From contig NC_043007.1 in the NCBI RefSeq assembly GCF_006345805.1, positions 15,500,001 through 15,564,000 of the forward strand: a stretch of DNA of 64,000 nt. The letters are read 5' to 3'. Source of the stretch: Octopus sinensis (taxonomy: Eukaryota). The notes below the pieces were generated by a model that had not been told where the DNA came from, did not search any database, and saw only the letters and a list, made by a program, of their open reading frames with translations. The position numbers and the translations under genes are program-made. Positions 39,101-53,900 of the stretch are shown here, piece by piece; position 1 is the first letter of the stretch; each line of letters opens with the position of its first letter.

Positions 39101-41235
39101 TGTTTTGTAAGATATATATATAAACATACATATATATTTACATATCTATATACATATAAAACATATATATATACATATACTTATAACCACATATATTACA
39201 CATACATATATGTATATATATACCCACATGTGTACGTATATATACATATACATATATATAGACATATATACATATGCATATATGCATATATACACCTATA
39301 CATTTACATAAATATCTGTATATATATATATGTGTGTGTGTATTTGTGTATGTGTGTGTATATGTGTGTAGGTAAATATGTTTGTATGTATGTGTACGTA
39401 AATGTTAGTTATTGCATAAATGTGTTAGTGTGTTTCTATCTGGTGGTATTTTAGGTGTAGGGAGCGGAGGTTCACACATAATTATACTCGCGGAATGTAA
39501 AGTCCCAGGGAAATATAGACTCACCTCCTGGGAATTAGGAAAGCCATAAAAATGTAATATTTCATAGTTGAATGGGAATCAAATGGTACGATGACGTCTT
39601 TGATTCTTTCGTGACAATCTTGCGTTATGAATGTGTCCATCTATCTATCTATCTATCTATCTATCGTTCTATATCTTACACACTTGCACACACCCATTTG
39701 TATGTATGTATACGTGTGATATGTATTTGTGTGCGTATATGCTAATAAATACTTACACGTATGTTTCTGTATGCGAAATAATTGTTCAAAGATCAATATA
39801 AAATATGTAGATTTATTCATATGAATATAGAAATAAAGCAGAATAGATAAGTAGAAAATTATTATAAATACATATGCTTATATATATATATATACAAAAG
39901 CAGTCGCACATCTTCTCACTCATAAATTCCCTCTCTCTTAGCCGTGGATAGACACACACATCGTACTTATATAATACACGATCGCTATCATAAAGATCAA
40001 AGACTTCGCAATCTCTTATTCTCGTTCGGATGCTTAAGAAATATGTTTTATGATTATACTGCATCCTGATTCTCAGGTGGAGATTGAATATTCCCCTGTG
40101 AATGTTGATTCGTGGTGTATAAGTCTGTGTGGACCTTATACAAGCTACCAGTGGTAGGTACACGCACAGGGATACACATAAATCATTCACACACAACCAT
40201 ATGTGTACATACGTATCCCTATGTAATAAATAATATGGAACTGCAAAGGAAGGTGCATACATCTATCTCATTCGGTCGAATGTTGTAATTGCATACCAAA
40301 TTTACTTGAAGAAGGAACGTGTTAATTTATCCATTCATTGATAAGAAACCCTGGTAACACAGAGGAGCACTTAAATGATATGCAAATATTCTATCACTAA
40401 TTACTTTACCGATATGCAAATAAAACATCATTAACATTCTATTATGCAAATTACTCTTTCTATTGAAAATTACTCTTTAAAGAAATTTAAAAGAACTTCC
40501 TTTAATCAGTCAAAGACTTATTGTCGTTTGTTCTTTTCAAAATCCTTTATAGCGATTGATTAATTTAAAATAGGTTTATGTAGAAAAGTGTGCAATGCGG
40601 TGGCAACATTTCAAAAGAGATAATATAGTACCAACTTTCGAATCTGAGTAAGAATGTTCAACTGTACTATTGTTTCGAGAAAATAAGTGAACGCCACGAC
40701 AGCTCTAGTCTCTTACCCTTCTCTTCGACCGTTTTTATTATGTAAGTTTTATAGGCCAGCCGATTCATAAACCTCAGCTATCTTCATATTTTTCCTATAA
40801 GTTTTGAGTCGTGATATATAATTTTACGTAAAAGCCAAGCTGTCCTAAACTTACTACAAAGTAGAAAATCTCAAGGCTTTACGGTTAAGCGATTACGCAA
40901 AACGACAACCAACCCTGATGCGCAGTGCTCGAAATGATGGTCAAATAGTGTGAAAGATGATTCCTACAGATAAACTCATAAGGTTATGCTTGGCTCTTAT
41001 GACAAATAACTAAGCTTAACTTGTTTTATTTCTATAAAATCTTATGAAAATGGTGCGATTTATACCCGTCTGAATGCCTTCAGTTAGATGTCTGTTGTAC
41101 AAACGTAAAATAGGAAACAAAATTAGCTCTCATATATGCGATATGACAGGCACCAATAAAATTGCACCTCAAACAAATTTTTGTGTTAGACAGTACTGAA
41201 TTGTAAACGTGTTAATATACGCTAAATTTATAATA

Positions 41236-41640
41236 GGCGTAGAAGTGGCTGTGTGGTAAGTAGCAGGCTAACCAACCACATATTTCCGAGTTCAGTCCCA
41301 CTGCGTAACAGCTTGGGCAAGTGTCTTCTACCATAGCTGCAGGCCGCCCAAAGCCTTGTGGGTGGATTTGGTAGACGGAAACTGAAAGAAGCCCTTCATA
41401 TATATGTATATATATATATATGTATGTGTGTGATTGTGTGTCTGTTTGTCCCCCCAACATCGCTTGACAACCGATGCTGGTATGTTTACGTCCCCGTAAC
41501 GTAGCGGTTCGGCAAAAAGACCGATAAAATAAGTACTAGGCTTACAAAGAATGAGTCCGGGGGTCGATTTGCACGACTAAAGGCGGTGCTCCAGCATGGC
41601 CAGAGTCAAATGACTAAAACAATTAAAGGAGTAAAAGAGT
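41236..41640 (+). mobile_element. SINE family D, full length with internal TA/TG microsatellite
   Basis: tRNA-like head, CTTGGGCAAGTGTCTTCTAC core, internal microsatellite, tail AAAGGCGGTGCTCCAGCATGGCC..GAGTAAAAGAG. Confidence 0.92.
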
Positions 41641-42470
41641 AATAGAAGAAAATGATGCAAAAATAAATTGGTTTTGTATTCTGTATTCTGTGACTAATAT
41701 CCATTAACCTCTGCTCTAATCTAATCAAGATGATCCTTTGGCTGCTATTATGATAAAATTAGGACAGTATCATGTATGCTATGATGATTTATTCTCTCTT
41801 CTTGTGCATGATAACTCACTTTAGTAACACATAAATTCGTCTCCGCCCAATAAATCAAAATTTATTATATCTTTGTGCTATAGGGAATACAATAAACGCA
41901 ACAGAGGAACTGAGGATACTGCAGAGTAACATATGAATCGAGTTTAAGAATATATTCTAATAACCAATTGAAGCATTTTCTATATGAATCAAATACATTG
42001 TGAGATGCATGACTATTATAGCATGGACTTCCCTCCACTTTTAAATCCAAAGCCCGCATCCAGCCAACTGTTTAAATATACATATTCTGTTTATAATGTT
42101 TTCAGTTGTTTAATCGTTTCAAAAAGAGAAAAGTCTTTATATCTTTAACTGATGGCTCATGCTGCTTAATACTAATTGACAAGTCATTTTTCTGCTTTTC
42201 TTTATATTTATACATATAGAAATTTTGTTCCTTTTATCGATGTGGAGTTGCTTCTTTATCAATATTTACAAATCAGTTTCTTAGAATATATATTTTTGTG
42301 ATTGACATTCGTTTCTCCAACACTTGTTTGTCAAACCTTATGTATTACGACAACGTGACGTCGGCACAACATAGGCAAACAAGTCTCAAGATACCAAGTA
42401 TCTAAACAATGTCACCATGAAATAAAATTAATGCGAAACTGCAGAGACTTAGACCAAAAGAGAAAGAAAG

Positions 42471-43045
42471 AGCAAGTGCCTTCTACTATAACCTCGGGCC
42501 GAACAAAGCAAGTCTTGTGAGTGAATTTGGTAGACGGAAACTGGAAGAAACCCGTCGTGTATATATATATACTTCATAATTTAAAATTGAATAGAAGGTC
42601 TTGAAACCACCTGATGAATGTCCCTAGAAGTGACAGGAAACAATTGTAGTGGATAACTTAATTTGATTTAATTTATATAAAAATTTTTATGTATTGGATT
42701 AAGTCTTTCTTTGTTTGATTTGCATAATAGTGGTTTTGTCTCTAATTAATATTATATTATATTTTACTATAAAATTGGATTCAATCCTAAATCTGATTTT
42801 TCCCTGTAAATTTGGATTTATTCCCTAATATTTATTATTATATATATATATATATGAATATGTTTGTGTCTGTGTACCTCCTCCCATCGCTTAACGACCG
42901 AAGTTGGTGTGTTTACGTCTCTGAAATCTAGCGGTTCGGCAGAAGACACTAATAAAATAAGTACTAGGCTTAAAAAGAATGTCGATTTGTTCCATTAAAG
43001 GCGGTGCTCCAACATGGCCCCAATCAAATGACAAACATGGAAAAG
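42471..43045 (+). mobile_element. SINE family D (head lost) interrupted at its TA tract by a ~270-bp hammerhead-bearing insert
   Basis: SINE sequence at 42471-42560 resumes at ~42860. Confidence 0.8.
42607..42652 (+). ncRNA. Minimal type I hammerhead ribozyme motif
   Basis: CCAC-CTGATGA-ATGTC(CCTAGAAGT)GACAG-GAAA-CAATTG-TA-GTGG: 4-bp stem I, palindromic stem III; the first stem II pair is mismatched. Confidence 0.75.
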
Positions 43046-43465
43046 GATATATATATATATATATATATAATATATATATATATATACATATACATATATT
43101 CACATATGCATCTGTGTGTTATTTTCTTTGTACATTCAATACTTTATTTGTGAGAGACAAGACACTTGAATAATGATGCACCAATTATTTCTGATTAACG
43201 AAGAAAATCTGCAGAAATATAAATATATATTTCAATACCGTGAAAATAGTAAAAAGGCTTCGCGAACTATTCACATTGAGACCAAACACAAGTAGTAAAT
43301 ACAGATATAGAGTTATATGCATCATACATATGTGCATATATATATGCCGACAGTACACATACATTTAAGTGCGTGTGTGTGTGTGTACAGGTGTCTATAT
43401 ATACAGATATGTATGTATATAATCATGCGGCAGTACTACAAAATTCCCATTAATTAATTATGAAA

Positions 43466-43503
<38 letters not shown>

Positions 43504-45054
43504 GCCTGGGATATGTTTTACCGCGCTGAATAAAAAGAAAACTGAAAAAGAATCTGTATTATAAATAGATACGAAAAGCTTCAATTTTCTCATGTTTTCC
43601 GCTCGTCCTATTTTTAAGCCGTTATTTATTTATTTTTATTTTTTTCAGAGTTGTGAATGAAATTGGTTTCGTACTGGTTTATGCTTGATTTTGCGGAAAG
43701 AAAATAGATCCAGATAAGTTAAGTGATAATATTGTTGTTTACCGATCGGCAGGTTTATTCTTTCTTTGTTTTCAGATCTTCCCCGAGAGAGGTTCTGTAA
43801 TAAGTTCAGTACTGGAAAGCTTTGCATTAGTATATCGTTATTAGAACCGTATCAGACAATTGATGCTTTAATCGTAAATGGTACACTACACCTTGCTACG
43901 AATAACGAATAGACAGAGATGGTAAAAAGCAATTACGGCCCTAAATCGCCACTGGAAGAACTCAAGTGAAATCGTTTTTGCAACTGCTTCAAGTATATAT
44001 ATATATATGAACTTCAATTTCACGCTTATAGATTTTAGCTCATAGATTCTTCTATGCATTTCACCAGAATTAGCAATAAATGCATTTATTCAGTTAGATG
44101 CACTGCTGCAATGCAGGATCATAATGGTTGGCATTGTGTAAAGACGTGTTGTTGATGGTGGCCAACAGAAATGTAACATTTAATTCACGATTCTTCTTTC
44201 GAATGAAGAATATTCATTAGCTTGCTTTCAGTCTTTTATCTTCGATTGGTTAACAAGTCAACCCTGAGATATAGAAATTCGGTTAAAGGTGGAACATGTT
44301 AGTTTTTTATTAATATTTCTAGTTCGTCCTTTCTGTATTATTTTAATGTTGTGTGTTTATGCTATTTCCTTCAGAAGACACGGATGCTTCAACATACATT
44401 CCTTCCATGATGGTCTTCAAACTGCTATAACTTTTCAGTTTTCCACGTGCATATCATCTTCTTACAGATCATATTTAAAATTGTGTATATTATTTTATCA
44501 TTGATTTGGAAGGAGGTCATCTTCTATATAGTTCTCCTTAGAAATGCTACAGGACCATCTGCATCTTTGAGTCTTTCCTGAGTTTAGGAACAAAAAACTT
44601 AAGCTCTCTGTGTGATGTATGGCAGAAAGCTGAGTTTGTATACGCGGTGCACCAAGGACCGCTTTCATGCTTTGTGTTCGAACATGATTGAAAGTCAAAG
44701 AACCTGAGACATCAAAAACAATTACAGGGTACAGACAATAGAAGCTTAAAAAAACAGGGCATCAACGATCGCAGCACCAGAAACGGTAGCAAAGAGTACG
44801 CTATCCATATCCACAAAAACCGACGAACAGGAAAATGACCAAGAAAGCGGGGACCTAGAAGCAAAGACACCCACATCCCAATAATGTGATGAAAAGGCAA
44901 AAAATGTGGATAAGTTATGACAAGAGACAAGTTGCAAGCTTTTGGGAACGACTGAAAAATTAGTAAAAATGAGAAGCAATGAACCCACCCAAGCTGGAAG
45001 GAATAAAATACATGCATTCACTCAAATTTGACGTCATGCTGAAGGAAAACAATT

Positions 45055-45288
45055 ACCTATTTCTTTATTACCCACAAGGGGCTAAACACAGAGGGGACAA
45101 ACAAGGACAGGCATAGGTATTATGTCGATTACATCGATCCCAGTGCGTAACTGGTACTTAATTTATCGACCCCGAAAGGATGAAAGGCAAAGTCGACCTC
45201 GGCGGAATTTGAACTCACAACGTAACAGCAGACGAAGTACCGCAAAGCATTTCGCCCGATGTGCTAACGCTTCTGCTAGCTCGCCGCC
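45055..45288 (-). mobile_element. SINE family A monomer with TSD
   Basis: GAAAACAATTACCTAT on both sides. Confidence 0.92.
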
Positions 45289-46335
45289 TATAGAAAACAA
45301 TTACCTATAGAGTCTATTGTCAAACAGTAATAGTCTCTTCATCAGATGTGAGATTTTGTCAGACACTCTAAATGAGAGACTTTGATGAAGATTAACTCCA
45401 AGAATACTCATGAGAAGTTTGAGTGCAGATTTTTAAAAAACTCGTTGAGAAAAGTGGATGTCGCTTCAATACGAGCATACAAATGTCGATACTTATATAC
45501 GTATGTATGCATGTATGTATGTATAAGTCAATACGCCAAATCACTCTACATTATTGTATAAATTCGCACCAAATTTGAAATTTCATTCACACACACACAC
45601 CTGTACGTACGTATGTATTCATGCATGCATGGTATTGTATTATTACCAGAATCCCTAGGGCGTCGGCAAAATATTAGCGGTATTTCTTCCGGTTCATTTC
45701 GCTCTGAGTTCAAATACTGCCTAGATCAATTTTGCCTTTCATCCTTTTGGAGTTGATAAAAATATAGTATTAGTCACATGCTGGGGGCCAATATAATCGA
45801 ATAATCCATCCCACTTCTGATCTTCTGCTAATATATGAAATAATTATTGTATACCAAACTACCAACGCGTTAATAACGTTTTGTTTGAATATTCTGTGCT
45901 CAAAATATGAGTAGGGTTTTAGCTTATACTGTATATAGATACAGATATAAACATAATACACATGCACATACACACATTCTGCCATGTGGTGTGTGTGTGT
46001 GCACGAATGCGTATTTGAACTGTCTCATGGAAGTTTAAAAAGTTGAAATCAATATTGCTGTTCTTAGTATATGTTACAAAATACACTTCTTTCCAATCCC
46101 AGCGGAGATCGGCCATTGCGCTATTTGCAAGTAACGTAGCAAAGGCACATCTCAAAGGAGAATATTTGAATAAAATGCTTACAGCATATTAATCACGTCA
46201 GTATGAATCAGCTTTCTGCAGTACAAGTAAATGTCATTTACCACATTTTGATAACTGATCGCGACACTAATTCGGTTATAAAGAACAAGCCGGCGGGTTG
46301 GCAGACTCTCCAGCATATCGGAAGAAAGTTTTGAA

Positions 46336-46750
46336 GGCGGCGAGCTGGCAGAAACGTTAGCATGCCGGGCGAAATGCGTCGCCGTATTTCATCTGCCGTT
46401 ACGTTCAGAGTTCAAATTCCACCGAGGTCGACTTTGCCTTTCATCCTTTCGGGGTCGATAAATAGAGTACCAGTTACGCACTGGAGTCGATGTAATCGAC
46501 TTAATTCCTTTGTCTGTCCTTGTTTGTCCCCTCTATGTTTAGCTCCTTGTGGGTAGTAAAGAAATAGTTATTTCGTCTGCCGTTACATTCTGAGTTAAAA
46601 TTCCGCCGAGGTCGACTTTGCCTTTCATCCTTTCGGGGTCGATAAATTAAGTACCAGGTACACACTGGGATCGATGTAATCGACTTAATTCCTTTCTCTG
46701 TCCTTGTTTGTCCCTCCTATGTTTAGCCCCTTGTGGGCAATAATGAAATA
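46336..46750 (+). mobile_element. SINE family A dimer
   Basis: Head plus two body units; ACTAATT.GGTTATAAAG.ACAA.CC repeated at ~46266 and ~46751. Confidence 0.9.
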
Positions 46751-48500
46751 ACTAATTAGGTTATAAAGGACAACCCTTAAAACTGTACTGATTTAAATGA
46801 TCTTGGCTATGAATACCACAGTCTCTTTTCTAAAACTTATTCGCCGATTTTATCCAGTGGTCAAATGACTGCTACTCTTGGTATTGTAATCATTTTGTGT
46901 TTAAAGTAAAAGAGTAATACTTGTATTCCCCTTTCAAAGACAATAAGGGTATGCCTCCTCCGGCTAATTCAAATGGCATTCAGTTTACTTTACTTGGTTG
47001 GACAAATATATTTGGTCGGCTTGCTTATATATCTGATTCAATAGATGCAAACGTTCCTTATCACTGTGAAAGGTGAACAGATGTTGTACTAACCCTGCAC
47101 TAATATTACACGAACGTATGATACCAAAACAAATAATATTGTTTCGTTATATGTGGTGTGCAGCTGTTACGTGGCTCTTTCACAATTTAATTCAGAATTA
47201 TTACAGTGTCTCTCATTTAACACATTATTATCATTACAATTTCTCGAGATGTTCATTATTTCGGAAATGCTGGTCAGATTTGTTGTCAAAAGTGCCACGT
47301 TAACGTAAACGTCATTAAAAATATACACCAAGGCTGAAACTCATCATCTCAGCTAAGCGCTGAGCTTTCATTATCATTTCAATAACATAGTCGTAACATG
47401 CTTCCTTCTCTGTATTACGAAAGTAGTTAATTAGATAAATTCTTCTCACCTGTCAAACTAAATCCAATTTCAGAAGCAACTGTTACATTGCATCATTTAT
47501 TTCTTTGACAACACACGCAAAACAAGTATCTGGTTCTCAAGATGAAATTTAATTTTGATAACCGGATATATTCCTATATTCAAAACGGATAGAATTAACG
47601 TTTAGCAAATCTATTTTTAATCTCATTTTAGATTATCTATATATACCTCACGGGGAGATTTCAGTTCAGATTTCAATGGTTCAAAATATAATTGGTGAAA
47701 AATCATTTTTTGCTTCTAATAAATACAAACTTATTTATCTCCTTACGACAGAAAACCCGTTTAAATATTCAAGAATACATATATTGTAAAAGATTGTTTA
47801 TTCAGGTACTTCACAAATTCTTCAGTTGCATTCTGTCTTCTTCTTTTGACAATGGCACAAATATATGGAGGATTATAAATATATTTAAATAACTCTTTAT
47901 TATTTATTCTAAAACATCAGGAATACGAACAAACTAAAGTCATAACAGAGAAGAGGACCCAACTTACTGTCTAAAAATGACTCAAAAGCTTCTCACTTTC
48001 TCTGATGTGTTGGCTAGGCTTACTTTGAGTTAATATTTTATATAAATATTCCCCATGGAGTGTTTTTCAATATTTCTGCAGAGATAAATCACATCAGACA
48101 GCAAGATTGAGGCTGATGTACAAGTTAGTTCTTGAAATTTACATCTTCGTGCCATCGTGTCATTTAACGTATAGAGAAAGGCGAGAGATATCGTGCTGAT
48201 GTTAACTATCTTTTCTACAAACATATCCATCGATTAGTCTTTACTTACAGGGGCCTCAGATTTTATCGGTGGGAAATAGGTAAATTTTTATAACAGCTAA
48301 GTCCGACAGCGTCATAAGGAAACTGAAGCGGCTGTTGCATTTGAATTGAAACCCCGTTGTGGAATTAATTTTTTATTCTCTGTATTTAATTTTTCTCAGT
48401 AACGTAGAACAAAATGCGATTTTCCAGAAAACTGAACCCACGACACGGTTTCTACCTCCAATTCAAGTCAGGTTCTCTGCTTAAGCTATAAACGCAATAA

Positions 48501-48732
48501 AGCGGCGAGCTGGTAGAAACGTTAACACGCCGGGCAAAATGCTTCGCAGTATTTCGTCTGCCGTTACGTTCTGAGTTCAAATTCCGCCGTGGTCGACTTT
48601 GCCTTTCATCCTTTCGGGGTCGATAAATTAAGTACCAGTTACGCACTGGGATCGATATAATCGACTTAATTCCTTTGTCTGTCCTTGTTTATCCTCTCTG
48701 TGTTTAGCCCCTTGTGGGTAGTAAAGAAATAG
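48501..48732 (+). mobile_element. SINE family A monomer
   Basis: Consensus match; flanking AAGCTATAAAC repeats. Confidence 0.92.
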
Positions 48733-51052
48733 GAAAAGCTATAAACTCATTGTTATGTAAAAGGTATGAACATTCTATATTTACATATTATTTTCGAAGA
48801 TTCGAAACTTGATGTAAAACTTTAAACTGAAAACCTAGAATAAAACTAATAAATTCAGTATTTCCAGGCCATGGTTTCACACACAAAAGCAAATCTACAA
48901 CAAAAGACCGAATATCTTTGTTTCGATCAAGAGACACCGCGAGCAAACTTCAGAAGAAAGAGAAATTATCTTTCCTTATTAAAGGAAAGTTTTCTTTCCC
49001 TTTTTGTTCAGTTACGAAAGCCGTAGTGAGGTAAATTATTTCTGGGAATTGGAAAACAATTTCCCATCTGTTCATAAGTAGAAATATAAATTAGTTAAAC
49101 CATTTCTTCTAATGAAGAAAATGGTATTTATCAGTTTGGAACGGAAAGACATTTTAAATATGCAAGGACGATTAGATTATAAAAATCTAATAGTCGGTGA
49201 TAAAATTATTTTTGCGAACAAGACCTCAGGTATCTATTTTCGATCAGAACGGTAGATAAGTGTGGCAAAGTCAACTACTGCTACGACTACTACTTCTGTA
49301 TCTACAACAAATAATTTAATTTTTGTTACGTTTTGGGAGATGGAGCTCGTTTACAGTTATGTCGGCAAAGGGATGTTATTTAAATCTTGATCAGACTAAC
49401 ACGATGTTCAGAAACACTTCTTCACATTTTAACTTTTGTCAAACATAAATGTTTGAACAACTGGAATAGTTCATATGTTTGCGTTCCAATGTGTTCGTGT
49501 ATGAATGTGTGTGTCTTTGTGTGTGTTCTGTTACGTTGCTAGTCGTAAGGACAACAAATACAATATATCAATAGAAAATTCAACTACGAGAAACACGTCC
49601 CTTTCGATCTTTGTACTCGTATGGTGTTACGTACTCAGCAAATTAGTGACGCTTGCAATGAGTCGTACGAAATCTGTTACTTGGGTAGAGTGTGGTGGAA
49701 TGGTTTATTTGAAAATGAAATACTTTGGTCTTAAATCCAGTGTAGTGCACTGAAGATATATGAACCAGTAGTTTAGCGATCTATCTACTCGGCAAACTGT
49801 GGGTATGTGTGTGCTAAGATACTGGTAATATTAGTACAGTTATGAAACATCTCTTTTCTCCATGATAAGTATTAATCTCTTCTGGCAAATCATACAACAA
49901 ATTGGGATGACAAATACAGGGGATAAAAGTTAAAATTTTTAAACTCCATTCCTGGGATTTACCTTTAATTTAAACGGTTCAGCCTTGTCATACTGTATAA
50001 CACTTATTCCACCTGGGAAATTACACTAAAGGAACCCGTGCCCCTTGAATGTCAGGCCACTGATTCATTACTTCAAATGGTCCAACAACTCGAAATCGAC
50101 GGAGGTCCATTTTTTTTTAAAAAGTGCTTGCGGAGAAGGAAGCTAGAACATAGAAGGATCTATGATTTACTGGGGTTCTGCCGACATCAGCACAAAGCCA
50201 GTAACTGGCACATACTTTCTCGACTTTTGTAGAAAACAAGACTATCACAAGCTCCACAGATTTAAACTGAAAACGTAAAATGTTCAAATATATAAGACGA
50301 AATTCAAGCGAATCTGCCACTGTTTTACCTTTCGCTCTGAGAATACTGATTTCTGTCCTTGGAACAAAGCCACAAGTTCGGCCTGATTGTATAGTCGATT
50401 AAATCGCCCCCAGTATTTAATTAGTTCTTTATTCTATCGTCTCTTGGGGGTGGGGGTGAAAACAGTGTTGACTTTGTCATAAATTGAGCTCGGAACATCA
50501 AAGCCGTAACTAAATCCGTGTCTCTATTGATTGCACCGTTGTCGTATCTTTCTCCTTGATAATAGAAAGACTCGTGTAAATAACACAGAAATTGGGGCAA
50601 AGGGCCTGGAGATACATGTGTATTTAATTTGTTCTTAATTTCGTGGGGGTCTAGTATAATGAATATTATATATTTGAAATGAATCAATTTAGTCTTCTGC
50701 CAAATTTTTATGAAGAAACGTGTCGAAGGAAATTAATAAATGAAATTCCCAGATAAGAACAATTATCACTTCAATATTTCTCTTTTGAGAAGATTCTGTC
50801 ACTGTTGGAAACCTATAACTGCTCATCAAAATTTTATTCTGATTACCAGCTTCTACGTACTATATCATCTCCGTAGTTGTAGCATTAATATATTTATTCC
50901 ATTTGAGCTTAGTGACCAGTCACTGAGGTAGTCTGGTTTTTAATCTTATAATACAAAAATCCGAATCTAAACAGAGGTCAAGAGTTTATCTCTGCTCTAA
51001 CAGAATCATTAAAAGAACAATAATAATCTCACAAATTCCATCAAATATATCG

Positions 51053-51083
<31 letters not shown>

Positions 51084-51459
51084 TTATGTAAATTAATTAA
51101 ATAGACATTTTATTCAAATTATTACTAATGGTATATGTTACAGTTTAGAGCACATTAGATTGTCGTAAATGATCGTCCCTCGCTGAAAATATTTTCTGAG
51201 GGAAATAAAGCATTTACTTACAAAGAATAACTTTACAAAACGCCACATGGTAAAAAAATATACTATATTCATATAATTTAGTACTTTTTGATATCAAGTG
51301 TATCGTGAAATATTTTGCTGCTATTCAAGTAGACGCTGTATATGTAGATGGAAACGTCTGGATTCACCTCGATTTCATCTTCGTTCAAACGGTACATATT
51401 TGTGAATTTGTTTTTTTTTAAATAGATTATCCTAAGATATATTGCTTCAAATTTTAGCA

Positions 51460-51650
51460 AAAAGCTAGCAATTTCGAGAGAGGTTTAGGTAGATTACATC
51501 GACCCCAGTGTTCGATTTATAGTTTAACGACCTCGAAAGAATAAAAAGCAATGTCGACTTCGGGTGATTTTGAGCTTAGAATGTAAAGCCGGACGAAATT
51601 CCATTAAGTATTTTTCCCGGTGTGCTAACGATTCCGCTAGCTCGCCGCCT
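51460..51650 (-). mobile_element. SINE family A, older copy
   Basis: GATTACATCGACCCCAGTG..GCTAGCTCGCCGCC. Confidence 0.8.
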
Positions 51651-52766
51651 TAAGATATATTAAAATGTATCAAAAGTAAATTAGGTCAAAAGCTAATATA
51701 TTCAGAAACCCCAAACACTGAAAGCAATGCCAATGATAGCAATGACAAATGCTCTCAGTTCATGTATAGTAAATTGTCTTTGTAGCTATATTCGCAGCAA
51801 ACAGTATCCATTGTTGAAGTGTGTGCGAGTGTGTGTATCGTATTACTTTGTAATTATAAACTTTGAGAATTTGTGATATCCTTGGCAACAAGTATGTGTC
51901 AAGATCATTGTAGAGTTGACTTATTAAGAAAATGACATGTATTTCAGAATGTCTCAACTTCAGAATGACATGTAATTCAGAATGTCTCAACTTCATGAAA
52001 GGAATGTCTATCTATCAATTCAAGAATCGTGCCAAAAGTTCAAGTAGAAAATTTTAATGATGAATCGAGGTTCAGATGCTAAATATTTCTTTCCTGATAT
52101 GATACTTTAATACAAAGCTAATTCTCAGTTAAAATGACGGATGCAAAACTAGATTAGACGAAAATAAATGAATGAGATACAAAACTCTTGTAGATATAAA
52201 GTTGGCCTTTAGACGTAAAACATTTCTCAAAAAAAGAAACAACAATTAACTTTAGATGGTATCCATCAAAAAATTAAAAGCGGAGGGAGGATCACCAGTA
52301 ACATGATATGAAGTAATGAATCAGTTGTCCAGCTGCTTTAACTCCTTTCTCCATGTAATAAGATAATACAGTCATATGAATATAAACGCATGTATGCAAT
52401 GGAGACAAAGAAAGCGCTTAATCCACATCGTCGAACCTTTGAAGAGCAGAATTTTACAGCGCACATTTGTTTCCAATTGTCAGTACGGGCTTACTCAGTC
52501 GTGTGTTAAAAGTATAAAGTTAAGAGCCAGCAGTTCGTGTCTCAACACCCTCGTTCTTCTTTGTTCCTAGCAAAGGCACAACTACAAACGAGTCATCCCG
52601 CAAAGCTCAAGATAAACATTCGTCACTACATGTCTCTGCTATAACTTACGTAGGTGTATAATTGCAATGTTCGTTTTATTCCTTCCATACACAGGGATCT
52701 TACCAAGAGTAGAAGACTAATATAACTGAGATAAAGTCCTACTAAACAGACTGGGATTCAAAAGAA

Positions 52767-53181
52767 GGCGGCGAGCTGGCAGAAACGGTATCACGCCGGG
52801 CGAAATGCGTAGCCGTATTTCGTCTGCAGCTACGTTCTGAGTTCACATTCCGCCGAGGTCGACTTTGCCTTTCATCCTTTCGGGGTCGATAAATTAAGTA
52901 CCAGTTACGCACTGGGGTCAATATAATCGACTTAATCCGTTTGTCTGTCCTTGTTTGTCCTTTCTGTGTTTAGCCCCTTGTGGTTAGTAAAGAAATAGGT
53001 ATTTCGTCTGCCGCTACTTTCTGAGTTCAAATTCCGCTGAGGTCGACTTTGCCTTTCATCCTTTCGGAGTCGATAAATAAAGTATCCGTTACGCACCAGG
53101 GTCGATGTAATCGACTTAATCCGTTTGTCTGTCCTTGTTTGTCCCCTCTATGTTTAGCCCCTTGTGGGCAATAAAGAAATA
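52767..53181 (+). mobile_element. SINE family A dimer flanked by a 127-bp direct duplication
   Basis: Duplicated flanks 52640-52766 and 53182-53308. Confidence 0.93.
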
Positions 53182-53900
53182 TATAACTTGCGTAGGTATA
53201 TAATTGCAATGTTCGTTTTATTTCTTCCATAAACAGGGATCCTACCAAGGGTAGGAGACTAATATAACCGAGATAAAGTCCTACTAAACAGACTGGCATT
53301 CAAACGAAAATAACAGAAAAGTGAGTGAGAAATGCTAGTGAAATTAGGTTTAAGCAAAAGATTTTCATTCTTACAGCTGTAAACCCACCTCTCTCCCTTC
53401 ATTTACCCAAACATTCTTTTGCTGAATCCTCAATGAATGACTCAAAAATTACCCTCCTAAATGTTGAGCTATTTTACTGACATTTCAAATATTTCTCGTT
53501 ACAGATTTGATTCTTTGTTTTTTTTCCTTTTCATATACGTCATTGCATTCTTCTAACTCCATCAAATCAGAAGTAACAAAAAAAAAAAAAAACTCACTTA
53601 TTATTTCCTTCCTTGCAATTCATTCGACCAGTTCTCTTGAAGTTTTTGAATGTCAAACCAGTCAGAGAAAAAGTAAACAAAAAATGGCAAACTGCACACG
53701 ATCAAATCCAATGTAAAAATGTCAAAGTATCTGCATGACACAATCAAATCATTTAAACCTGATGATGAAGAATCTAGAGTGAATTCACATTTCCAGGTTT
53801 TTCATGAACTGACGTTTATGAAATTAATTTTTTTTTTGTTTTTCATTCTTTTCACATCACCACACAATTGTTTTCCTTTTTATTATTGTGGTTGAGGGAA

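Noticed and set aside
39813-40262. 149-aa ORF as a possible GIY-YIG endonuclease of the PLE
   Set aside because: No GIY/YIG motifs or other recognisable domain.
44480-45020. Coding-like purine-rich stretch (RASTIAAPETVAKS..)
   Set aside because: Interrupted by stops with no recognisable domain; possibly a TE remnant but unsupported.
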